Below are positions 8,616 to 17,331 of a DNA stretch of 64,000 bases, piece after piece. The stretch is from the NCBI GenBank assembly GCA_041742075.1, contig JBGSJJ010000013.1:1801-65800 (forward strand). Direction: 5' to 3'. The stretch comes from Minisyncoccia bacterium (GTDB taxonomy: Bacteria > Patescibacteriota > Minisyncoccia > Phycocordibacterales > UBA918). Every line of letters starts with the position of its first letter. Position 1 is the stretch's first letter. A model generated the notes under the pieces. That model was not told where the DNA came from. It did no database searches and saw only the letters and a list, made by a program, of their open reading frames with translations. The position numbers and the translations under genes are program-made.

Positions 8616-10838
8616 GTGAGCAAAATCAGTCATTTTAAGCCCAGATTTGCTACTATTATGGTTATGTCTCCAGGCGACTTATTAACCAAGCACTTCCGTA
8701 TCGACGCGGTACACCAAAAAGCGCTCAAAAAGCTCGGCGTTCATACTGTCTATGACCTACTCCTCCACCTCCCGGCTCGGTATGAAGACGTGAGCGATAT
8801 CCAGTCAGTGTCAGGTCTGCAGAAAGACCAAGAAGCAATTGTCTTTGGGCAACTGTCTGGACTCAAGACCAGGAAGGCCTGGAAAAGTCGCAAGCCAATA
8901 GCGGAAGGCTACGTCGAAGACGGCTCGGCTAAGATAAAAATCATGTGGTTTAACCAACCTTATCTCGCGAAGATGTACGCTGACGGCATGTACGTGAAGC
9001 TCGTGGGTAAAGTAACCGGAAGCGAAGGCAAGCTCTATATCGCGAACCCCGAAGTAGAGAAGCTCGATGCTCTCCCGGTAGACAGGCATGACTCTATTTT
9101 TAAAAATACTGCCAACTTAGACGACACTATCTATCCGGTCTACCGAGAAACCAAAGGGGTCACGAGTAAGTGGTTTTACCACACGGTACTGAAATGTTTT
9201 GAACGTGGCATTCTCGACAGCCTTCCTGACCCTTTACCAAAAGTGATGCTCGACCGCTACCACTTGCCAGAGTTAAAAACTGCACTGGTGTGGATTCACT
9301 CACCAAAGAAAGCTGAACATGCGCAAAGTGCTCGGAAGCGATTTGCGTTTGAGGAGATTTTTTACATCCAGACTCAGCGGGCCCAGGAACGTAGAGCGGT
9401 GAGTGCGGCGTCGACGTATACCGTCAGGACAACTTCTGACCATCTCTCTGCCTTCACGAGTCGCTTCCCGTTTGCACTCACGAGTGCGCAAGCTAAAGCC
9501 ATCGATGCCATCCTTGGTGACTTCGGTGGCGCTCATGCCATGTCACGTCTGCTTGAAGGTGACGTTGGTTCCGGTAAGACAGCGGTTGCCGCCAGTACTG
9601 CGTACGCGGTCGCCACTTCGAGGCCGCCGGAAGGACTCGGAAAAGCACTTGAGTTCGGAAATCTTCAGGTGGCGTACATGGCGCCAACTGAGATATTAGC
9701 GAAGCAACACTTCGAAAGCTTTATCGAATACTTTAAGCACTTACCAATCGCCATTGGTCTCATGACGGGGAGTGGCTGCCTCAAGTACCCGAGCAAGACC
9801 GACCCAACCAAACCAACGAAAATAAGTAAGGCACAATTGGTAAAGTGGGTAAAAAATGGTGAAATACCAATTCTAATTGGCACCCATGCGCTCATATATA
9901 AGAGTGTCGAATTCAAACACCTTGCCTACGTGATTATTGATGAGCAACACCGCTTCGGCACCAACCAACGAAAAGCTTTAGCTAAGAAGGACACTCGTCT
10001 GCCACATCTCCTTTCCATGACCGCGACACCAATTCCCCGCACACTCGCGCTTACCGTCTACGGAGACCTTGACCTCACCTTGCTTGACGAAATGCCGAAA
10101 GGGCGGAAACCAGTCATCACAAAAATCATTGGTCCCGGCCAAGAAGCACCCATGTATGAACACGTTCGGAGTGAACTGGAAGCTGGGCGACAAGCCTACG
10201 TCATCTGTCCACGGATTGACGAGCCAGACCCTGACAAAGAAACAGCCCTCAACACGAAAAGTGTCAAAGCTGAGGCGGAACGTCTCAAAAAAAGTGTCTT
10301 TCCAAAGTACCGTTTCGATATTTTGCATAGCAAAATGACACCAGCTGAAAAAGACAAAGTGATGGCTCGCTTCGCGAAGCATGAGACGGATATCCTCGTA
10401 GCGACGTCTGTCGTCGAAGTGGGGGTAAATGTACCAAACGCAACCAACATCATCATAGAAGGTGCTGAACGCTTTGGTCTCTCTCAACTCCATCAGTTAC
10501 GTGGTCGGGTAATTCGCAGCAACGACCAAGCCTATTGCTTTGCGGTCTCAAGTAGCAAAAGTGACAAAACCAAAGAACGACTTAAAGCACTCACCACTGC
10601 CAAAAATGGTTTTGAGCTGTCTGAGTACGACTTACAGTTCCGAGGCTCCGGTGAACTCTACGGTGCCAAGCAGTCCGGCCTCTCAGACTTAGGGATGGAA
10701 GCACTTAAGAACCTGAAGCTAGTCGAGGCCGCCCGCACCGAAGCACAAGCACTCATCGATACAGATGAACACCTCACGAATCACCCCGCCATCGCCGCCC
10801 GAGTTGCCAAGCTCGGTACTGCACTCCATATGGAGTAG
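8616..10838 (+). CDS. recG: ATP-dependent DNA helicase RecG
   Basis: Wedge/OB N-terminal domain, helicase motifs GDVGSGKT and DEQHRFG, 740 aa. The true start may be the internal Met at 8658. Confidence 0.9.
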   Translation: MSKISHFKPRFATIMVMSPGDLLTKHFRIDAVHQKALKKLGVHTVYDLLLHLPARYEDVSDIQSVSGLQKDQEAIVFGQLSGLKTRKAWKSRKPIAEGYVEDGSAKIKIMWFNQPYLAKMYADGMYVKLVGKVTGSEGKLYIANPEVEKLDALPVDRHDSIFKNTANLDDTIYPVYRETKGVTSKWFYHTVLKCFERGILDSLPDPLPKVMLDRYHLPELKTALVWIHSPKKAEHAQSARKRFAFEEIFYIQTQRAQERRAVSAASTYTVRTTSDHLSAFTSRFPFALTSAQAKAIDAILGDFGGAHAMSRLLEGDVGSGKTAVAASTAYAVATSRPPEGLGKALEFGNLQVAYMAPTEILAKQHFESFIEYFKHLPIAIGLMTGSGCLKYPSKTDPTKPTKISKAQLVKWVKNGEIPILIGTHALIYKSVEFKHLAYVIIDEQHRFGTNQRKALAKKDTRLPHLLSMTATPIPRTLALTVYGDLDLTLLDEMPKGRKPVITKIIGPGQEAPMYEHVRSELEAGRQAYVICPRIDEPDPDKETALNTKSVKAEAERLKKSVFPKYRFDILHSKMTPAEKDKVMARFAKHETDILVATSVVEVGVNVPNATNIIIEGAERFGLSQLHQLRGRVIRSNDQAYCFAVSSSKSDKTKERLKALTTAKNGFELSEYDLQFRGSGELYGAKQSGLSDLGMEALKNLKLVEAARTEAQALIDTDEHLTNHPAIAARVAKLGTALHME

Positions 10839-10908
10839 TTGGTTGACTTTTTACACATACACAGCATGATGGTGCAGAGAGAAGTCCTTACAAGCGAAAG
10901 GATTAGCC

Positions 10909-11325
10909 ATGACTCAGTCAGATGGATTTGCGTTCCCTGAAATAGCTGGAGACTTACCGACTGGCTACCGTATTGAGATCGAGGAGATGCACGCGGTCAG
11001 CACCGTACCCGATCTCAGGAAGAACGAGATATCTTCATCAGCACTGAAAATTACGGTGTATGAATCTAACTTTCCTTGTTTCCATGTATACGTGGTGAGA
11101 TTTACCAAGTCTAACCATCCTGATGTTCAGAATGTATCGAATCATTGCATGTTTCTCGAGCATTTTGAGACATTGCAGGCACTCAGAATCTCGTGTACTG
11201 ATTCTGTGTATGGATACGGCGTATTTCTGATGCTGGACGTAGTGAGAGTTGAACGAGGAGTGTCAATAACTACCACCTATCAACAAACAGTCACGCTGTT
11301 GACCAAAAATCAACTCACTCACTAA
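10909..11325 (+). CDS. hypothetical protein
   Basis: 138-aa ORF followed by two intrinsic terminator hairpins. No recognisable domain. Confidence 0.4.
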   Translation: MTQSDGFAFPEIAGDLPTGYRIEIEEMHAVSTVPDLRKNEISSSALKITVYESNFPCFHVYVVRFTKSNHPDVQNVSNHCMFLEHFETLQALRISCTDSVYGYGVFLMLDVVRVERGVSITTTYQQTVTLLTKNQLTH

Positions 11326-11328
11326 GTG

Positions 11329-11357
11329 GCGACGGACCTACGGTCCGTCGCTTTTTA
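11329..11357 (+). terminator. terminator hairpin (gcgacggacc / ggtccgtcgc) plus T-run
   Basis: 10-bp stem followed by TTTTTAT. A second hairpin (aacggctg / cagccgtt) follows at about 11364-11390. Confidence 0.7.
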
Positions 11358-12059
11358 TATATAAAAAAGTAACGGCTGACAAACAGCCGTTACAAACACT
11401 GACCTAAAACTAACTATATAAGTTCCACTTAATAGCGTACCCCAAAAGAGAAAGTTGAATTAAAGCGTCACTGACATACTGAAATACTGCAATGACTTCT
11501 TCAGAATCAGAATAGGCTATATACCTACAGGGGTAACAAGAGAGATGGAGTATCTCATCCGTGGTCAGTCTGCGGACATGGACCACGATAGGTGCTGGAC
11601 CCATGAGTACATCGTACGCACAGGTGGACAGAAGCTTACGACGTGCCATCAACTTCCCCTCCTTGGTTTGAACTTTCCTACTCCAATTAGATACCCAATC
11701 GAAGCTTTATACAATACGCCTAGTGCGCGGACGAGATACAGGAAAACCGCTGCCATGAGGCAGCGGTTCAGGTGTCTATGGAGCTTGGTAGCACCACAGG
11801 TCAGGGTCTTCTGTGCGGGGTTGGTACCGCGCCCTTGTGGCTTGGATCACCTCCTTTCAGCTGGAGTGCAGGCTCGCCGCCATGAAGGCTTGAATCATAA
11901 AGTTGGTCATGACTGTCCCCGTCTGAAAGAATGGTCTAAAACTACCATCCATACGTATTAGACACCCGATTTCAAAATTTTACAACAGAGACGCCTGAAC
12001 AGGCGCCTCAAGTCTCTATACTTAAATACTAAGCATACACTGCTTGAAAAAGGTCTTTG

Positions 12060-12133
12060 TCCGCCCTCTTGGACTCGAACCAAGGACCACAGAGGTATAA
12101 GCTCTGTGCTCTAACCAACTGAGCTAAGGGCGG
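12060..12133 (-). tRNA. tRNA-Ile, anticodon UAU (reads AUA)
   Basis: On the minus strand, cloverleaf with acceptor CCGCCCT/AGGGCGG, U8, D-arm GCTC-AGTTGGTTA-GAGC, anticodon stem CAGAG/CTCTG with loop CTTATAC (anticodon TAT), T-arm CTTGG-TTCGAGT-CCAAG, discriminator A. No encoded CCA. Confidence 0.75.
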
Positions 12134-12265
12134 ACAAAAAAATCTTTCAATTGGCTATTACTCTACCGTATCTGGTATGTATCGGCAAACCGGCAATATT
12201 TTACGCTTAGTTGCATTTTAAGCTAAAAGTTTTATACTCGCCCAGAGAAAAAGCGGAGTACAGTC

Positions 12266-12592
12266 ATGTGGTCAGACGTTCTAACTGATAATGAGATTAC
12301 GCGTGGTAAAAAAATATTTACTGCTACCCTTCAAATAGCTCAAATCCCTAAGGAACAATTTCTCGCCCCAGGGTGTAATGATTCAACGTATACAATTTTA
12401 CGTCGAGTATGCCTGTGGCTTATCATAAAAGCCTGTCCAAACTACCAACATGGTTCTTACCTAGTTCGACATGTGCTCGGCACAAGCATAGCCACACTTG
12501 GCCAACGATACGCTATCGCAGACGCCCAAATTGATATCCACAAGAATCCTAAATACATAGAGTTGATTGAACAGATAGAGGCTCGACTATAA
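12266..12592 (+). CDS. hypothetical protein
   Basis: 108-aa ORF followed by a terminator hairpin. Confidence 0.4.
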   Translation: MWSDVLTDNEITRGKKIFTATLQIAQIPKEQFLAPGCNDSTYTILRRVCLWLIIKACPNYQHGSYLVRHVLGTSIATLGQRYAIADAQIDIHKNPKYIELIEQIEARL

Positions 12593-12609
12593 GTGTTAGA
12601 GTCATAGAA

Positions 12610-12648
12610 ATAGCGTAGCGGAAAAGTCCTTCCGCTACGCTATTTATT
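12610..12648 (+). terminator. terminator hairpin (atagcgtagcggaa / ttccgctacgctat)
   Basis: 14-bp perfect stem followed by TTTATT. Confidence 0.7.
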
Positions 12649-12696
12649 CATGTCCAAGAGGCCTCAATAGTTAAAACAGTTGCTATACTAAAGGCA

Positions 12697-14205
12697 ATGT
12701 ATCGTTTCTTTAAGAGTCATGTTCTTGCAAGCATAATTGCTGGCCTCCTTATTGTGGGCGCTGGATACTTGATTATGCGCGCGGTGACCTACGACCCACT
12801 CGCTTCACTCATAACTGAAACTATCAAACGTGGAACAGTTGAAAACATTGTTTCTGTCTCAGGAATTATGGAAGCTGAAAATACCGCAGAGCTAGCGTTT
12901 CCTTCTTCTGGGGTAGTTTCGCAAGTCTATGTCAAAGAGGGCGACATGGTCTTAAAGGACGACGTACTGGCAACACTCGGAGCTGATAGTCTTGTCGCCG
13001 AGCGGGCTAGTGCTTTAGCTGAATTACGCCTCGCTGAAGCCGACCGGGACGAGCTTATCTCAGGCGTTCGCACTGAAGCTCAGGCTGTCACCGCTACTGC
13101 GGTAGCAATTGCTGAGGAAAATTTAAAGCGTATCACAACAGCGGAATCACTGGCTGTAGCGAGCGCTAAACGCTCCCTACTTTCAGACGAACTAACCGCC
13201 AGGAGTACTAAGAGCACCGAGGACGCGACTCCACCAATCATTTCAGGTACTTATCGGTGCGAAGAAACCGGTGTGTACACGCTCGAGGTTTTTAGCTCAA
13301 ACGCTGACTCTGGTTATTCATTTCGCTTAAGCGGGCTTGAGACTGGCACCTTTGATGCTTCAGCAAACCAACCCGCTTCATTTGGTACATGTGGTCTCTA
13401 TGCACTTTTTGACCCTAGCTCAAAGTACAGTAACTCAACATGGGTAATAGAAATTCCGAATAAGAGTGCTCCCGGTTACATCACAAACTTAAACACCCTT
13501 AAGACAGCTGAAACTACAGCTAAAAATGCTATTAGTACCGCTAAGCAAAATGTCACCTTAGAGCAAAGTAAGCAATCACTTGAAAACGCCTCCCCTCGAA
13601 CCGAAGCCAGAGTGCGTGCTGAAGCTAAAATAGCTCAAGCGTCAGCTCGGATTGCGCAGATAGATGCTCAAATACGTGACCGTTCGATTATTGCACCCTT
13701 TTCTGGGGTCGTGACTGAAGTAGCGATACTGCCGGGCGAGACCGCACAAGCAGTACCGGTGTTTACTCTTCTCGCTACTGACACCTTTGAACTCATTGCA
13801 CGAATCCCTGAGATAGACGTTACTAAAATTGCTGTCGGGCAACTGGCACGAGTTATTTTTGATGCCCAGACAGACACGATCCTCACCGGGAGTGTTTCAT
13901 ATATTTCACCACTGCCGATACAGATTGATGGAGTTGGTTATTTTGAAGTGAAAATTATTCTCGACGAACCACCAGTCTGGCTAAGAGGTGGTCTGAATGC
14001 CGACGTCGATATTATTATTGAGGAACAGCGCGATGTGCTTAGGGCTCCCAAGCGGTTTGTGACCACTATTGAAGGCGTGAGTACTGTCTTGACACTCGAG
14101 GGTAACACCGTCGCTACAACTACCGTAGAAACTTTGTTTGAAGGCAATGATGGCTTTGTGGTTCTCTCAGGAATTGCTGAAGGAACTACCATCGTTGCTC
14201 CTTAG
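12697..14205 (+). CDS. HlyD-family periplasmic adaptor / membrane-fusion protein (MacA-like)
   Basis: N-terminal TM anchor, lipoyl-like hairpin (VYVKEGDMVLKDDVLATL), long coiled-coil region, C-terminal beta-barrel. It overlaps the start of the downstream permease. Confidence 0.6.
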   Translation: MYRFFKSHVLASIIAGLLIVGAGYLIMRAVTYDPLASLITETIKRGTVENIVSVSGIMEAENTAELAFPSSGVVSQVYVKEGDMVLKDDVLATLGADSLVAERASALAELRLAEADRDELISGVRTEAQAVTATAVAIAEENLKRITTAESLAVASAKRSLLSDELTARSTKSTEDATPPIISGTYRCEETGVYTLEVFSSNADSGYSFRLSGLETGTFDASANQPASFGTCGLYALFDPSSKYSNSTWVIEIPNKSAPGYITNLNTLKTAETTAKNAISTAKQNVTLEQSKQSLENASPRTEARVRAEAKIAQASARIAQIDAQIRDRSIIAPFSGVVTEVAILPGETAQAVPVFTLLATDTFELIARIPEIDVTKIAVGQLARVIFDAQTDTILTGSVSYISPLPIQIDGVGYFEVKIILDEPPVWLRGGLNADVDIIIEEQRDVLRAPKRFVTTIEGVSTVLTLEGNTVATTTVETLFEGNDGFVVLSGIAEGTTIVAP

Positions 14206-14212
14206 TACCACT

Positions 14213-15460
14213 ATGCGTATCTTTCGTATTGGACTCCTCCTCGGCATACGCCAAATCCAGCGAGCGAGCATTTGGACAAATGTACTCATAGTGTTTGTCA
14301 TGGCCCTCACCTTTCTCAACCTAATTGCCGTGTCGGGTATATTGGTCGGACTGATAGTTGGTGCTGAGAGAGCAGTACGTGAAGACTCGCTGGGAGACAT
14401 TATTATTTCTGCCAAGGACGGTGAGGACTACATCTTAGAGACCGAACGATTTGTACGAGAGATTGGCGCCTTCCCGGAAGTAACCGCTTTTTCTGTCCGC
14501 TACGAAGGAGCTGGTCAGCTGGAAGCCAACTACAAAGAACGTCGTGACCTTAAGGGTGAGAGGGACATAGCGTCCGTCAAAGTAACCGGGATTGACCCTA
14601 AGCGAGAAGACCAGATGACGAACCTGTCTGACGTCGTGATAAGCGGAGAATACCTCGACCCAAACGAAGAGGGTTATATTTTACTTGGTGCTTTTTACAT
14701 CAAAGAATACGCCGCTCAGTTTAGTGACATTTTTGAAACCGTAGAAAGCGTCGAGCCTGGTGATACAGTACGACTGACTGTGGGAGATATCTCTAAAGAA
14801 TTTATTATTAAAGGTATTATTCAGTCAAAGGTAGACGAGGTTACCTTGAACACCTACATCCCGGAACGAGAATTCCGTCGAGTATTTAACCGGGTAGACC
14901 GGAACGCCGACCAAATCGTGATTCGACTGGTTGACCCAAAGCAGAACGCCGAGATAAAAGAAGCCATTGTCGCGAGTGGCCTAGCTGACTTAGCCAAGAT
15001 ACAGACCTATGAAGAAGGGGTACCAAAGTTTTTAACTGACATTAAAAATACCTTCAACGTACTTGGTACATTCATTGGTTCTATCGGGATTGTTGTCGCT
15101 TCAATTACCATCTTCATTATTATTTTTATAAATGCTCTCGCCAGGCGACGCTACATCGGTATCCTTAAAGGTATCGGTATTGATAGACGCGCCATTGAAA
15201 TTGCCTACGTCATTCAGGCCGGTATCTACGCTCTAACTGGTTCTCTTATCGGTGTCTTTATCACCTACGGCCTACTGATTCCGTACTTTGATCAGAACCC
15301 TATCAACTTCCCATTTAGTGACGGCATACTGGTTGCGGAACCATACGGTACCTTCGTTCGTTTTATCGTACTGTTTGTAATAACCTTAATTGCTGGCTAT
15401 ATCCCGGCTTGGTTAATTGCCCGCGGTAACACCCTTAATGCTATCCTGGGTAGAAAGTAA
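14213..15460 (+). CDS. ABC transporter permease, FtsX/MacB type
   Basis: N-terminal TM, large extracytoplasmic domain, C-terminal three-TM FtsX-like bundle. The start was moved to the Met at 14213 to clear the adaptor gene. Confidence 0.6.
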   Translation: MRIFRIGLLLGIRQIQRASIWTNVLIVFVMALTFLNLIAVSGILVGLIVGAERAVREDSLGDIIISAKDGEDYILETERFVREIGAFPEVTAFSVRYEGAGQLEANYKERRDLKGERDIASVKVTGIDPKREDQMTNLSDVVISGEYLDPNEEGYILLGAFYIKEYAAQFSDIFETVESVEPGDTVRLTVGDISKEFIIKGIIQSKVDEVTLNTYIPEREFRRVFNRVDRNADQIVIRLVDPKQNAEIKEAIVASGLADLAKIQTYEEGVPKFLTDIKNTFNVLGTFIGSIGIVVASITIFIIIFINALARRRYIGILKGIGIDRRAIEIAYVIQAGIYALTGSLIGVFITYGLLIPYFDQNPINFPFSDGILVAEPYGTFVRFIVLFVITLIAGYIPAWLIARGNTLNAILGRK

Positions 15461-15464
15461 AAGT

Positions 15465-16154
15465 ATGACAGAAATTATTACCGCAAAAAACATTCACAAG
15501 TCATTCGGTACGGGTAATTTGCTGACGCATGTCCTTAGAGGAATTGACATCACAATTTTTGAAGGTGAGTTTGTGAGTATTATGGGTAAGTCGGGCGCTG
15601 GTAAGTCGACACTTATGTATCAACTCTCCATGCTCGACGAACCAACTGAAGGTACTATTTTTATTTCGGGCATTCCAGTCCATACCCAAAATGAATCAGA
15701 ACGAACTCACTTCCGACTCAACATGCTCGGCTATGTGTTTCAAGACTATGCGCTCGTACCAGACTTAAGTGCCGAAGAAAACGTTATGATTCCTCTTCTC
15801 ATGAAAGGTGGAAATTGGAACGAAGCTAAAGAAACTGCGCAAGCCTCGATTGATTCGGTGGGTCTCGTCGGTAAATACAAAAATCTGCCGAGCGAGCTCT
15901 CTGGTGGTGAACAACAACGCATAGCGGTAGCCAGAGCAATTGCCGGCAAGCCAAAAATACTCTTTGCGGACGAACCAACTGCCAACCTCGACAGTACCTC
16001 AAGTGAGCAAGTAATTGCGCTTATTACTGCCTTGAATCGTGAACGTGGGCAAACGGTAGTTATGGTCACCCACGAACGGGAGTACGCTCTTGGCTCTGAC
16101 CGAATTATTCACATGGAAGACGGTTTGGTGGTACGTGAAGAAAAGCTACGTTAG
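15465..16154 (+). CDS. ABC transporter ATP-binding protein (MacB/LolD type)
   Basis: Walker A GKSGAGKST, signature LSGGEQQR, Walker B ILFADEPT, H-loop. Confidence 0.85.
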   Translation: MTEIITAKNIHKSFGTGNLLTHVLRGIDITIFEGEFVSIMGKSGAGKSTLMYQLSMLDEPTEGTIFISGIPVHTQNESERTHFRLNMLGYVFQDYALVPDLSAEENVMIPLLMKGGNWNEAKETAQASIDSVGLVGKYKNLPSELSGGEQQRIAVARAIAGKPKILFADEPTANLDSTSSEQVIALITALNRERGQTVVMVTHEREYALGSDRIIHMEDGLVVREEKLR

Positions 16155-16165
16155 GTATCTAACTA

Positions 16166-16197
16166 AAAAGCGCCGACCCTAAAGGGTCGGCGCTTTT
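16166..16197. terminator. bidirectional terminator hairpin (aaaagcgccgaccc / gggtcggcgctttt)
   Basis: 14-bp stem between convergent operons. Confidence 0.75.
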
Positions 16198-16212
16198 CGA
16201 GCATGCGCACTA

Positions 16213-17193
16213 CTAGCGAATTGCTGCGACAGCTGCTTGGAGAGCAGTAGCTTCAGCCAAAACTTGGTCGAGAGCTGCTTTGATGTCTGTTATTGAGGCA
16301 CCCTGTACAGCTCCAGATTTAATTGGCACTGGGAGTGGGGCAATTTTCTTGAGAAGTTCTGCTACATTACCGGTGTAGCCAGCCTTAACAAAGAATTCAT
16401 TGTGAGTACTAGCTGGAATCATAGCTGGTACTTTTACTTCGACAACGTTACCACTTACAAGAGTAATGGTATAAAGCGTGTACTCGTCATCAGCGAGCAG
16501 TTGACTTGGGTCAACCCATTTAGAAGTGATTGACTTTACGTCTACTAAAGCGAACGTGATAGTTGTTGGTGTACTTACAGCCATTTTCTTAAGAGCCGCA
16601 ATGTCACCGGTGTATCCAGCGTCACGAAACGCTTTCTCGTTGGCTGAAGCAAGCGCAAAGCCATAGTTTTTTACTTCGACAACCTTGCCACTTACAAGGG
16701 TAATGGTATAAAGCGTGTACTCGTCATCAGCGAGCAGTTGACTTGGGTCAACCACTTTCGAGGTAACTGACTTAACGTCTGTCAGAGTGAAAGCTGTAAC
16801 AACTGGCGTATCTGTTCGATCTTTTGGAAGCGTAAAAGTCTTAATGTAGGTCTTACCAAGACTTGGGTAGGTTACACGAACTGTATAGTTCCCGGCTTTG
16901 GCATACTCATGACTCACTCGCTTTGTTACATTGGTTTGTGTACAGGTATTTGGTGAAGCGTAATTAGTCACTTTTCCGTCACCCCAGCGAATAGTGTAGT
17001 TTGGGCAATTGTCATTTTGAAATGACACTCTGACATTCAAGTCAGACGCATAAAATGTTGGGGGCTGTGGTGTGAACGCCGGTGGTAGTGTCAGCGCAAA
17101 AGCATTTTGAGCAATACTGAATACTGCAACAAAAGTCAGTACAAAAAATAGTGCAATTGGGAGGAGACGCGATGATTCAAGTTGTGTTCTCAT
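16213..17193 (-). CDS. secreted protein with PKD-like domain and two tandem ~79-aa repeats
   Basis: Signal peptide. NCPNYTIRWGDGKVTNY...NYTVRVTY resembles a PKD domain. The repeated block VDPSQLLADDEYTLYTITLVSG(K/N)VVEVK appears twice. Confidence 0.55.
   Translation of the reverse strand: MRTQLESSRLLPIALFFVLTFVAVFSIAQNAFALTLPPAFTPQPPTFYASDLNVRVSFQNDNCPNYTIRWGDGKVTNYASPNTCTQTNVTKRVSHEYAKAGNYTVRVTYPSLGKTYIKTFTLPKDRTDTPVVTAFTLTDVKSVTSKVVDPSQLLADDEYTLYTITLVSGKVVEVKNYGFALASANEKAFRDAGYTGDIAALKKMAVSTPTTITFALVDVKSITSKWVDPSQLLADDEYTLYTITLVSGNVVEVKVPAMIPASTHNEFFVKAGYTGNVAELLKKIAPLPVPIKSGAVQGASITDIKAALDQVLAEATALQAAVAAIR
16451..16753. repeat. intragenic tandem duplication (period 237 bp) with a 66-bp core identical but for one mismatch at 16451-16516 and 16688-16753
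   Basis: ccacttacaag(a/g)gtaatggtataaagcgtgtactcgtcatcagcgagcagttgacttgggtcaacc is present twice. Confidence 0.8.
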
Positions 17194-17250
17194 TATAATT
17201 TATAATTAGATTATACTTCGTATTAATGCCGTTGTAGAGACAAACAACGA

Positions 17251-17277
17251 AAAGGTCTTGCCGTCGGCAAGACCTCC
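17251..17277 (-). terminator. terminator hairpin (aggtcttgcc / ggcaagacct) 3-prime of ftsH
   Basis: 10-bp stem, T-run on the minus strand. Confidence 0.6.
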
Positions 17278-17331
17278 TTCGTATACTTTCGCTTGTTTTT
17301 ATGAGCATTACAACCTGAGACTGTGTATAAC

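Noticed and set aside
11545-11961. ORF 11545-11961 (+) and 11410-11652 (-)
   Set aside because: Cys/Arg/His-rich translation with no RBS. The region is better interpreted as non-coding with an rRNA-terminus-like motif.
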